Below are positions 1-9,101 of a stretch of 64,000 nt of DNA, one piece after another. Made by a program: the position numbers and the translations under genes. This DNA comes from Candidatus Bathyarchaeota archaeon (GTDB taxonomy: Archaea; Thermoproteota; Bathyarchaeia; Bathyarchaeales; Bathycorpusculaceae), in NCBI GenBank assembly GCA_963715865.1, contig OY970280.1, forward strand, positions 608,001 through 672,000. The letters are read 5' to 3'. Each line of letters starts with the position of its first letter. Within the stretch, counting starts at the first letter, position 1. The notes below the pieces were generated by a model. The model saw nothing but the letters and a program-made list of their open reading frames with translations, searched no databases and had not been told where the DNA came from.

Positions 1-1
1 C

Positions 2-967
2 TTGCGCCTTTACGATTACAGCGAAAACATGGTGTTTCCACACGAAATCACTTACAAAGCACCAAAAGCTGACCGGTTAAACATGCTTCGCACCGTCCAA
101 AAAGACCTTGAACCAGTGTTTCTGATTTATTCGGACCACGAAAGAAAAACCCTCGCTTTCCTGCAGGAAGTAGCGAAGACAAAACCAATAATCCAAGTTA
201 CTGACTCATTGCAAGTTAAGCATACCGTTTGGAGAGTTACTGACCCACAAAAAATAAAGCAACTGCAAGCAAACCTAAGCAGCAAAACCATGGTAATAAC
301 TGACGGACACCACAGGTACGAAAGCGCATTGGCTTACCGAGACGAAATGCGCAGCAAAGGAAATTGGACAGCGGATTCAGCGTTTAATTTTCACATGTGC
401 TACGTGGTTCCAGTTCAAGAGGAAGGGCTTGTTGTTTTGCCCACGCACAGGCTTCTCAAAGAATTCAAGTTAACTGATCAAGTTTTGCAAGGGCTCAAAC
501 GCTTCTTTGACGTTTCAGAAATAAAGCCGACTGTAGAATCCTTAGAGGATTTCTTGAAAAGCCATGTTAATGAGCATGCTTTCTGCGTTTATGATGGCTT
601 GAAAGCTTACGGTTTATCGCTAAAGCATGACAAAAGCGTTTATGATTTTGTGAACGCTAACGTTTCTAAAGAGACAAAAATTTTCGATGTAGTAATACTT
701 CGAGACATCGTTTTCAAACATATTTTGAAAACAGGGCAATTGAACATGGATGAAAATATCCTTTACGTGCGGTGGACAAAGGAAGCGGTGGATAAAGTTA
801 ACCGTGGAGAAGCCAGCATCGCATTTCTGGTTAACCCGATAAGCGCCCAAACCGTTGCAGAGATAGCACAGCAGCATGAATTGTTGCCTGAGAAAAGCAC
901 GGATTTTTATCCCAAGATGGTCTCTGGGCTTATGATGATGGATATTTCTGTAAGCGAGAAACTTTAA
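2..967 (+). CDS. DUF1015-family protein (5' partial at window edge)
   Basis: Motifs HE(I)T..PKADRL.ML, ITDGHHRYE and KSTDFYPK typical of DUF1015. Confidence 0.8.
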   Translation: MRLYDYSENMVFPHEITYKAPKADRLNMLRTVQKDLEPVFLIYSDHERKTLAFLQEVAKTKPIIQVTDSLQVKHTVWRVTDPQKIKQLQANLSSKTMVITDGHHRYESALAYRDEMRSKGNWTADSAFNFHMCYVVPVQEEGLVVLPTHRLLKEFKLTDQVLQGLKRFFDVSEIKPTVESLEDFLKSHVNEHAFCVYDGLKAYGLSLKHDKSVYDFVNANVSKETKIFDVVILRDIVFKHILKTGQLNMDENILYVRWTKEAVDKVNRGEASIAFLVNPISAQTVAEIAQQHELLPEKSTDFYPKMVSGLMMMDISVSEKL

Positions 968-1025
968 GCTAAGCTTTTTGCAGGGAAACTATTATAAGCG
1001 CTAACTTAGAAAGCAGAGAGCCAAA

Positions 1026-1769
1026 TTGGAAAAGGAGAAAGAGAGTTTGGGTGAAGTAGAAAAAACAATAAACGAGATACGTGAACCACCGCCAGCGACG
1101 CCTCAAATTGATCCTATGAAAAAATACGTTGCTGAACTGATTGGAACAATGGTGCTGGTGCTGATGGGCTGCGGCAGTGCAGTTATTGCAGGTTACTACA
1201 TTCAAAACGTGGGAGTGGCTTTTGCTTTCGGTCTTGCCGTGTTAGCTATGGTTTACACGATAGGCAGCATTTCTGGATGTCACATAAACCCCGCCATTTC
1301 AATTTCAATGTTGGTTGCTGGAAAACTAAGCATAAAAGATACGGTATTTTACGTTGTTTTTCAGTGCGTGGGCGCAATAATTGGTGCAGGCATACTTTAC
1401 GCGATAGTTATAGGAAACTCAGGGTATGATTTGGCAGTTAATGGCTTGGGTGCGAACAGTTATTCCACTTATTCTTTAGCGTCTGTATTCATTGCTGAAA
1501 TAGTTTTAACCTTCATATTCGTGCTTGTCGTTCACGGTTCAACCCATGAAAGGGTACCTAAAGGATTTGCGGGATTATCTATTGGCTTAACCTTAGTGAT
1601 GATTCATCTTGTAGCAATACCTATAGATGGCACTTCAGTGAACCCTGCGAGAAGTTTGGGACCAGCGCTTTTTGTCGGCGGTACAGCGTTGACTCAGCTT
1701 TGGGTCTTTTGGGTGGCTCCGATAATTGGCGGAATCTTAGCTGCTGTTGTCTGGAAACTCTTCAAGTAA
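1026..1769 (+). CDS. aqpZ: Aquaporin (MIP family); probable true start ATG 1116
   Basis: Two NPA motifs (GCHINPA, SVNPARS); six hydrophobic helices. Confidence 0.9.
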   Translation: MEKEKESLGEVEKTINEIREPPPATPQIDPMKKYVAELIGTMVLVLMGCGSAVIAGYYIQNVGVAFAFGLAVLAMVYTIGSISGCHINPAISISMLVAGKLSIKDTVFYVVFQCVGAIIGAGILYAIVIGNSGYDLAVNGLGANSYSTYSLASVFIAEIVLTFIFVLVVHGSTHERVPKGFAGLSIGLTLVMIHLVAIPIDGTSVNPARSLGPALFVGGTALTQLWVFWVAPIIGGILAAVVWKLFK

Positions 1770-1813
1770 ACCTAAAAAACAACTAATCCCTTTCTTTTTT
1801 GTTTGTGACAATA

Positions 1814-1957
1814 TTATTTGACGAATTTTGTGGCGTGCCTCTTGAATCTTTTCTTGCAAACAAGGCTGCAGAAATGGTAGGTTTCACCCTCATAAGTGAT
1901 TTTGAATTTAGCTGTATTTTCGTCAAGAACCATGCCGCAAACAGGGTCTCTAAACAT
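1814..1957 (-). CDS. Small YHS-domain protein (47 aa, below ORF-track cutoff)
   Basis: Manual translation MFRDPVCGMVLDENTAKFKITYEGETYHFCSLVCKKRFKRHATKFVK contains DPVCGM and YHFCS..C. Confidence 0.8.
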   Translation of the reverse strand: MFRDPVCGMVLDENTAKFKITYEGETYHFCSLVCKKRFKRHATKFVK

Positions 1958-2141
1958 TATTTGTTTTAATGCCTCATGCATGATTCTACTTTCTGCCTAT
2001 TATGATTAGCGGTGGCGAAAGTTTAAAGCATCGAGGCTCTTGTGCTCGGAGCAGTCTGATACCTCCCTTATTCAAAGTAGAAGAAAGTGGAAGTAAGTTG
2101 ACGTGCAAGCTCTCTTATTGGTTAATGGTTTAGCTGGTTGG

Positions 2142-2453
2142 TTAATCGTCTTCCGCGTCTTCCTTCGCTAATTCAACCGAAATTGTATCGTCGTGGCTGA
2201 CGGCTTTTTTTCGTGTTTCTTTCTTGCTTGGCGGTTCCTGTTCTCTTCCTCTCATGAATCCTTCTTCGGCTGCGCTGATTTCGTCCTCATCTAGCATTTG
2301 TTCTCTTTCCTGTGTGTCGTATATGTCTTCAGTTTCGTCTTCTGTTTTGTCTTTCGGTTCTCCGGTGTAGATGTAGGGTTGGGGCTTTTTTCTTGTTTTG
2401 CTCATTTTTTCTTTAACCTCTCTAATTGCTGGAAAAATTTTTGACTTAAACAA
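2142..2453 (-). CDS. Acidic hypothetical protein (likely start ATG ~2405)
   Basis: D/E-rich ORF with EEGFMRG segment; no family recognised. Confidence 0.55.
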   Translation of the reverse strand: MFKSKIFPAIREVKEKMSKTRKKPQPYIYTGEPKDKTEDETEDIYDTQEREQMLDEDEISAAEEGFMRGREQEPPSKKETRKKAVSHDDTISVELAKEDAEDD

Positions 2454-2480
2454 ACTATAACTTCGAATTACTTTTATGAC

Positions 2481-2508
2481 TATGTGACTGAGCTCAGACA
2501 GTCACATA
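2481..2508. promoter_or_regulatory. Perfect 10-bp inverted repeat, candidate operator
   Basis: TATGTGACTG-N8-CAGTCACATA in the intergenic gap between divergent genes. Confidence 0.45.
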
Positions 2509-2816
2509 CATCGGCACAAAAAAGTTGGTGCTAAATCTAAAATGGATAACAATAGTCACTCAAACTATTTTTCATGTGCATAATACTCTTGATTGTAAAA
2601 ATAACATAATTACAAAAATATGCCCTTTCTAACTGCAAATTACCCGTCTTTGAAGAAAACCTAACTTTTAACGTACTCTTTTGCCTGAAATTGTGCTAAA
2701 CCTTTTTATACACCAAACCCGACTGTTGGGGTGTCACATTAACTCATGTATCACAAAGCTCCTGAAGCTTTTAGAGAAATCATGAAAAAGTTCTGTGGCA
2801 GGAGAAAAAATAATAT

Positions 2817-3968
2817 ATGCAAATTCAATCATTTAAGGACTTTCCCTTAACTGGGGAAATCCTCAGAAGTATAGAAGAACTTGGGTTTGAGAGTCTTTTT
2901 CCAATTCAAGCTCAAGCAATAATGCCGTTGCTTGAAGGCAAAGATGTCATCGGGCAAGCGCAAACGGGAACAGGCAAAACAGCCGCTTTCGGCGTTCCCA
3001 TGGTTCAACGGTTAAACCGTGAAATCCGCGGTGTTCAAGGCTTGATTTTAGTGCCAACCCGCGAATTAGCCGTGCAAGTAGCCGAACACATGGCGTGTTT
3101 CGCAAAATACGCTAGACTGAAAGTTTTAGCCGTTTACGGCGGAGAATCAATCAACAAGCAAATACACGCCCTATCAAGCGGTGTTCATATTGTTGTCGGC
3201 ACACCTGGCAGATTAATCGACCTCATGGAAAGGCGAGTGCTAAACCTCTCATCCGTCCGCATAGTGGTTCTTGACGAAGCAGACAGAATGCTTGATATGG
3301 GCTTCATAGAAGACATCGAGCTTATTCTTTCGAAAATACCGTCAGATAGGCAAACTAGCCTTTGGTCAGCAACCATAGATCAATCAGTAATGAAAGTATG
3401 CAACAAATACATGAAAAACCCGCAGAAAATCCTTGTCAGCAAAGACGAAATCGCACTAACACAAATGAAACAGTTCTACACAGTCGTCAATCAACACGGA
3501 AAGTTCGAAGCCCTATGTACCATTCTTCATAGCGACCAAGTGGATAAAGCCATCATTTTCTGTCGAACTCGCAGAGAAACAAGCCGGCTCGCTGACCAAC
3601 TCTACCGCAAAGGTTGCCGAGTACAAGCGCTGCACGCTGGCTTTACCCAAGCGCAGAGAGACCGCGCAATCAACGACTTCCGCTCGGACAGACTCAACCT
3701 CCTAGTAGCAACGGACGTTGCCGCAAGAGGCTTAGACATTCAAGGCATAACCCACATAATCAACTATGATGTGCCGATGGATGCGCTAGTATATTTCCAC
3801 CGCATAGGCAGAACTGCACGCAAAGGAGAAGAAGGCACAGCCATAACACTGGTAAGCTACGGTGAAATGTCAGACTTCAACAACATCAAAGCCCTGACCA
3901 AAACAAAAATTCAAGAAATCAAATCAGCAACCGCCGAAGACGACTCACCCATTAAGAGTTTCTTTTAA
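2817..3968 (+). CDS. DEAD-box RNA helicase (core only)
   Basis: Q motif, AQTGTGKT, PTRELA, DEAD, SAT, HRIGRTAR. Confidence 0.95.
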   Translation: MQIQSFKDFPLTGEILRSIEELGFESLFPIQAQAIMPLLEGKDVIGQAQTGTGKTAAFGVPMVQRLNREIRGVQGLILVPTRELAVQVAEHMACFAKYARLKVLAVYGGESINKQIHALSSGVHIVVGTPGRLIDLMERRVLNLSSVRIVVLDEADRMLDMGFIEDIELILSKIPSDRQTSLWSATIDQSVMKVCNKYMKNPQKILVSKDEIALTQMKQFYTVVNQHGKFEALCTILHSDQVDKAIIFCRTRRETSRLADQLYRKGCRVQALHAGFTQAQRDRAINDFRSDRLNLLVATDVAARGLDIQGITHIINYDVPMDALVYFHRIGRTARKGEEGTAITLVSYGEMSDFNNIKALTKTKIQEIKSATAEDDSPIKSFF

Positions 3969-4148
3969 ACTATCAACCTCTCAACTGGGAGAGGCTTGAC
4001 TCTTAATTCTAATAGTTGGCGTTTTCTTTTTTTGAAATAGTAAAGTAAGCCTACAACGGCAACAGCAAACGTTGCAGAGGAAAACTCTGGTTCAGAACGC
4101 AAGCCAAAGCAAACAAAAACTAATTTTTTCTTGCCTTTTTCCGTTCAT
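3965..4148 (-). pseudogene. Internally deleted surface-protein relic ending in a PEF-CTERM-like tail
   Basis: Minus frame reads KKLVFVCFGLRSEPEFSSATFAVAVVGLLYYFKKRKR; ATG at 4148 is out of frame. Confidence 0.55.
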
Positions 4149-4501
4149 ACCAAAAATCATACGGCCTAAAGAAACAGTAGGCAACAATTAGTAATCCAAC
4201 GTAGAGAGCCACAGTCACAAGTGCAACGTTAACGTTGTTCAGTTGCTAAACTCTTCCATTTCAATCGTTGGTTTTGCTGGAAATAAAAAAACTTAGCTAT
4301 GCTCATAGAATGCTCTCAGTATGCTCCTAGTGTTTGCAGAAATTGACACATTTATGTTAATTTGCTATGGTTTCAGATGGGATTAGGAAATAGTCGTGAT
4401 TAAACTAAACAAAAATGACTTAAAAGGTGCTTGCGATGTTGCGTAAAATCTTCATGTAAATATTATGAAGCGTTATTATTTCTTTTTGCCCATGAAAACT
4501 C

Positions 4502-4714
4502 ATGCCAAGGCGAAACAGGGCACTTTCCATTATGGCGATGCCAATAGCGATTCTCTTATTTTTTATTGGATGGAGTCTCTATTGGATAGGGCCCAAAAAA
4601 GAACCGCGCAGACACAAAGTTAAGTTACCTGGTCAAAAAGAACTCGCCTTCATTGTGCCAATACTAGAACAGCAGCATGCTATCATCCACCTATCCCCTC
4701 AATGTATGCAGTAA
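4502..4714 (+). CDS. Small single-TM hypothetical protein
   Basis: Hydrophobic IAILLFFIGWSLYWIG followed by basic tail. Confidence 0.5.
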   Translation: MPRRNRALSIMAMPIAILLFFIGWSLYWIGPKKEPRRHKVKLPGQKELAFIVPILEQQHAIIHLSPQCMQ

Positions 4715-4799
4715 CAAAGCGAGCAGACGAAAAGTAACACCTAAACGGAACAAAAACAGAGGTAACAGAACCTATTAATCTTTTCTGAGTTGATAACCG

Positions 4800-4907
4800 T
4801 GGCGGGCGGGGAGGGATTTGAACCCTCGACCCCCAACTTAGGAGGCTGGTGCTCTATCCGTACTGAGCATCGAGAAAGAGTCATGAGTTGGCCCTCTTTA
4901 CTCGCCC
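4800..4907 (-). tRNA. tRNA-Arg(CCU) with 30-nt intron (4869-4898) at non-canonical position 9/10; encoded CCA; A6.C67 mismatch
   Basis: Spliced 78-nt cloverleaf GGGCGAG TA GCTC AGTACGGATA GAGC A CCAGC CTCCTAA GTTGG GGGTC GAGGG TTCAAAT CCCTC CCCGCCC G CCA; BHB motif at the junction. Confidence 0.8.
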
Positions 4908-5132
4908 ATATTTCCCGTCCAGCAACTCACTAAGAATATCGGGTGTAATAACCCTAACGTTTGAATTATCAAGTAACTGTGAGTATTTTTCTCTGTATTT
5001 TTGGGTAGTTACGATGAGTACCGTTTTGATATCTATTTTGAAGTAGTCGTGGATTTTCTGTTGCAGTTCTTTAGCTCTTTGTTCTACGTCATGCCAAAAA
5101 GTGCTTAACAGTATCCTTAAGGAAATATCCAA
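4881..5132 (-). CDS. Hypothetical protein or fragment whose 3' end overlaps the tRNA-Arg 5' exon and intron
   Basis: 83-aa ORF; stop TGA at 4881-4883 lies inside the intron. Confidence 0.4.
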   Translation of the reverse strand: MDISLRILLSTFWHDVEQRAKELQQKIHDYFKIDIKTVLIVTTQKYREKYSQLLDNSNVRVITPDILSELLDGKYGRVKRANS

Positions 5133-5184
5133 GATTTAGGATTAAAGTATGATTGAGCTATCTGTTTCATTTATGAGTGCTCTT

Positions 5185-5367
5185 CTACCTTCTTTTATGT
5201 CTAGCGTAGATGATTGACGTAACTGTGATGCCTACAAAGAAGGCTAGTACTGAAGCCAGCATCGTCCCCATCATGGTGATTGATAATGCGGCTGACCCTC
5301 CGAAAAGAATTGCTAACAGAAGGATGGTAAGAACCCTTAACTTCAAGACTCGTCTCATTCTCTTCAC
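5185..5367 (-). CDS. Small two-TM membrane protein
   Basis: Two hydrophobic stretches with basic termini. Confidence 0.5.
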   Translation of the reverse strand: MKRMRRVLKLRVLTILLLAILFGGSAALSITMMGTMLASVLAFFVGITVTSIIYARHKRR

Positions 5368-5567
5368 ACAAACCTCAATGTTTATTTAAATTGTCCTCGT
5401 AAATAAAGAGTCTTGCTATTCACGTAATATATCGAAACAGTAAAAGCAATAGCTAAAACAATTGCCCAATAGGAAGATAATTTGTAGTATTTTATATATT
5501 TCTTTTTAGAAAACCACAAGTTATATTAAAAATAGGTTGAATAAATTAATTTGCAGGGGTTTTTTGC

Positions 5568-5948
5568 GTGGATAAAGAAGATGAAATATTAGTAGAGTTA
5601 AAGAAAATTAGTGCAGCTTTAGAAAAGGCTTCAATACCTCAACCGCCAAAAGGCTTATGGAATGAATTCAAAGATTTCCTGTCAAAATACAAGATTCTTG
5701 GCTTGGCTGTTGCTTTCATTTTAGGCTTGTATTTGGGTGCTCTGGTTCTGGCGCTTGTCAAAGACTTCATTATTCCGCTCTTAGGTTTAGCTATTCCAGG
5801 CATGTCAAACTTAGCTACATATTCGGCAACATTGATGAATCAAGTGTTTAGCATAGGTGACTTTCTGATAGCGCTGATTACTTTCATTGTAGTGGCTTTC
5901 ATAGTGTTCATTTTGGTGAAGGTAGCTAAGAAATGGAAAATTGAGTAA
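5568..5948 (+). CDS. mscL: Large-conductance mechanosensitive channel
   Basis: EFKDFL..Y.ILGLAVAFILG; IGDFL.ALITFIVVAF. Confidence 0.85.
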   Translation: MDKEDEILVELKKISAALEKASIPQPPKGLWNEFKDFLSKYKILGLAVAFILGLYLGALVLALVKDFIIPLLGLAIPGMSNLATYSATLMNQVFSIGDFLIALITFIVVAFIVFILVKVAKKWKIE

Positions 5949-6464
5949 AACTTTCTCTCTCTTTTTCCTTTTTTCAAAATAATTTAGATAAAATATTGGG
6001 GGTTTCTCATTTTAGTCTATGGTTCATTTCTGAGTTAATGTCAAAGCTCTAAAAGACTGTCAGGTGACCATTATTTAAAATGGTAGAACATAGATTTGGA
6101 ATGGTCAAGATTTTTAGAAACAAATGAAAAAAGAGACAAAAGCCTAACTCTGATGGATAAGGATGAAATATTACATTTATAGGAATATGGCTTTTATTCT
6201 ATTTCATACTCCTTCAAAATTACAGAGGGCGAAAGGAGAAAGACTCCATCACCCAGGAACTAGGAAACTTTATCCTCAGTTCCTAGTAAACCTTCTAAGT
6301 CAAACTCACATGACAACAAGTCTTAAATCTACAAAGCGTAGAAATAGCCTAACATGGTGAATAGGGCTAAGAAAAAAGAGAGGTTATTAACTTGAGAAAG
6401 AAGCTAACTTGGTACCTATTGTTGGTTTAATGTTGTTTGTTTACAGTCACACATTTTTATTAAC

Positions 6465-6716
6465 TTGAAGATGATTTGGGATTATCTGAGGCTGATTTTT
6501 GTGAGTAAAATGAACAGTCAAAGCAGTGTTAAAGATGCGTTGAACCACATTAAAAACGACGTTGACTATCCAGCTAGCAAACGGGACATAATGCAGGCAT
6601 GCTCTGGTTTTTCTGAAGTTTCTAAGAATGAAAGAGACTGGTTTGACAACACGTTGCCTGATAGAACGTATAACAATCCTGATGAAGTCATAAGAGCTAT
6701 TTTCGACAAGATTTAA
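6465..6716 (+). CDS. DUF2795-family protein (likely start ATG 6510)
   Basis: VDYPASKRDIM and LPDRTYNNPDEV. Confidence 0.75.
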   Translation: MKMIWDYLRLIFVSKMNSQSSVKDALNHIKNDVDYPASKRDIMQACSGFSEVSKNERDWFDNTLPDRTYNNPDEVIRAIFDKI

Positions 6717-6805
6717 AAGCCGATTTTTTGCATTCTCTTTTTTCTTTTCTTTTTTTGATAAGGCTTAAGCAATTATTTGTTTAGGGTTTTAGGTTCTGTA
6801 ACTTT

Positions 6806-7183
6806 TCATTTGGAAGATGAGCAGTGCTCAAATCCCACTGCCGCTGCAGCCTTCAACAGCCTTACTATTTCAGGTTTTAACTTATCAACGTCACTTACTG
6901 CTATATGCCTGACGTTTTCCGATTTCTCTGCTTTACCTCTACTTTTGAGAAGATCTGAATCAAGGCTTGCTCCCATGAAAAACTCCAAATCCACGTGGTC
7001 TTGGTAGTGGCTTATCCAAACAAAGTCTTTACCGTTTAACTTGTAAGCGATTTTTCCCTGTCTCACTATTTCCACAGTTTCTGGAACAACGCTTTTTATT
7101 AGTGCGCGAAGGTTTTGTATGGTTTCCTTCTGAGCGGGTTCAAGGCTGACTAAAATTTCATCAATTGTTCTTTGGTTTACCAT
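6806..7183 (-). CDS. DUF1801/YdhG-like protein
   Basis: IDE.L..L..AQKE..Q.LR.LI...VPE..E pattern; RHI near C-terminus. Confidence 0.7.
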   Translation of the reverse strand: MVNQRTIDEILVSLEPAQKETIQNLRALIKSVVPETVEIVRQGKIAYKLNGKDFVWISHYQDHVDLEFFMGASLDSDLLKSRGKAEKSENVRHIAVSDVDKLKPEIVRLLKAAAAVGFEHCSSSK

Positions 7184-7477
7184 AAATAATAATTTGTTTT
7201 GCGGATTTTTATTGTTTCCTACTTTTCCGAGGCTTTAGGAAACTAGCATGGAAAAATTATAGCCCCCTTGTTTAAAGCAGACAATAAGAGACATAGCGTC
7301 TCCGTGACCTATCCCCTCCCTCTTTACACAGTTTGGATTTGCAAACGGGTTGAAGCTTGGTTTGCCGTAAGATTTCTTGACTAAGCAATCCTGCCCTTAG
7401 TTAAGTTAGATTGTTTTCTATGCAAGTTTCCCAAAGTTTTAAAGCATTGTAATCAAATTAATGTTTGCAAGTTAACA

Positions 7478-8545
7478 GTGGTTAGTTTGACTTTAAATTA
7501 CCATTACATGCAGCTTCCTCGCGAGGTCATCGTCGGAAAAGGAACCCTGAACCGTGTTCCTGAAGTCGCAAAACGGCTAGGCCTAAAAGGAAAGGTGTTG
7601 GTGATAGCTGGGTCAAAAAGCTACGATTTAGCGGGAAAAACCGTAAAAAACTTACTTGAACAAATGGGCTTACAGACTGATGTACTTATAATTAAAGCAA
7701 TGAGCATAAAAGAAATGATAACTATAGAAGAGCAAATTGAAACATTAAAACCGCAGGTGCTCTTCGGCGTTGGTGGCGGAACAATAATTGACGCTGCCAA
7801 AATAAGTTCAGGAAGCCAAAACATTCCCTTCATCAGCGTGCCCACCACTGTCTCTCATGACGGCATCGCAAGCCCGTTAGCTTCAATTAAAGGTTCAGAC
7901 AAGCCTTACTCAATACTGGCACAAGCGCCACTGGCGATAATTGCTGACACAGACGTTATTGCTCAAGCGCCCTGGCGTTTTGTAATAAGCGGCTGTGGAG
8001 ACGTGATCGCCAAGTTTACAGCCGTTAAAGATTGGAAATTAGCACATCTGGAACAAAACGAGTATTATGGCGAGTACGCTGCCAGCTTAGCCTTAATGAG
8101 CGCAAAACTGGTGATTGAAAACGCCGAGCTAATCGTTTATCGAAGAGATGAAGGACTACGTGTACTTCTTGAGGCTTTGATAAGCTGCGGCGTCGCCATG
8201 AGCATCGCTGGAAGCAGTCGTCCATGCAGCGGCTCAGAGCACTTGTTCAGTCATGCTTTGGACATGATTAATTCACATCACGCCATGCACGGTGAACAAT
8301 GCGGTGTAGGCTCAATATTGTGCGCTTATCTTTACAGGGCAAATTGGCAAAGGATAAGGAATACGCTCAAGCAGATAGGTGCGCCAACAACTGCTAATGA
8401 ATTAGGCGTTAAAGACGTTGATGTAGTTAAAGCGTTGGAGGTAGCAGCGAAAATAAGGCCTGAACGCTACACAATCCTTCACAAGTTAAATCTTAATTTT
8501 GAAGCCTGCGAGAAAACAGCGAAGGCAACAGGAATAATCAATTAA
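7478..8545 (+). CDS. egsA: sn-glycerol-1-phosphate dehydrogenase
   Basis: GVGGG..ID.AK, PT..SHDGIAS, SRP.SGSEHLFSHALD, HGEQCG. Confidence 0.95.
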   Translation: MVSLTLNYHYMQLPREVIVGKGTLNRVPEVAKRLGLKGKVLVIAGSKSYDLAGKTVKNLLEQMGLQTDVLIIKAMSIKEMITIEEQIETLKPQVLFGVGGGTIIDAAKISSGSQNIPFISVPTTVSHDGIASPLASIKGSDKPYSILAQAPLAIIADTDVIAQAPWRFVISGCGDVIAKFTAVKDWKLAHLEQNEYYGEYAASLALMSAKLVIENAELIVYRRDEGLRVLLEALISCGVAMSIAGSSRPCSGSEHLFSHALDMINSHHAMHGEQCGVGSILCAYLYRANWQRIRNTLKQIGAPTTANELGVKDVDVVKALEVAAKIRPERYTILHKLNLNFEACEKTAKATGIIN

Positions 8546-8556
8546 ATCGCTTAATT

Positions 8557-8940
8557 TTAAACACGTAACGGCTGAATAAGTGCAAACTGGTTTCCTTCAG
8601 GATCTTCTGCGGCAGCTATCCAGCCAACATTAGGAACTTCCTGTTTGGGCGAGATTATTTTTCCACCAAGCTTTAGGATTTTAGTTAAGTAATCGTTAAT
8701 GGACTCAACGGCAAAATAGTTGATAGGCTTAATTTCAGGTTGTTGCTTTCTAAACATGCCACCGTTTACTCCTGGCCTTAGCGGCGTGCCGTTTGCGTCA
8801 ACAGGAACGGTTTGTATTACCCAGTAATCTATTGGTCCTGGATACTGGATTATTTTCCAGCCGAAGACTTCTTCATAGAACTGCTTTAGTTTTTCTACAT
8901 CTTGGGCTGGGATTTCAAAGTGAACTATTGTATGATCCAT
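8557..8940 (-). CDS. VOC/glyoxalase-family protein
   Basis: IVHFEIPA.D...FYE.VFGW; DPEGN.F. Confidence 0.85.
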   Translation of the reverse strand: MDHTIVHFEIPAQDVEKLKQFYEEVFGWKIIQYPGPIDYWVIQTVPVDANGTPLRPGVNGGMFRKQQPEIKPINYFAVESINDYLTKILKLGGKIISPKQEVPNVGWIAAAEDPEGNQFALIQPLRV

Positions 8941-9101
8941 CCCGGTTTTTTCACCTCCCTTCGAACCCTTGCGCGAGAAGAACGGAAAACGTTAGTGTTT
9001 TGTATTATAATTATAGGGGCATGATGGATTTATCTTTATTCTTAGCTCTAAAATAAAGTGGAATTTAATTATAAAAGGGAAAATTGTTTGCTAACGCTTT
9101 T

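Noticed and set aside
4800-4868. Interpretation as attL/attR of an integrated element
   Set aside because: No duplicate 3' tRNA segment or integrase in the window, and the BHB restores the missing 9 nt exactly; kept only as an alternative hypothesis
6046-6080. AGACTGTCA near TTTAAAA as a third TrmB-type promoter
   Set aside because: One mismatch, different spacing and no convincing downstream gene
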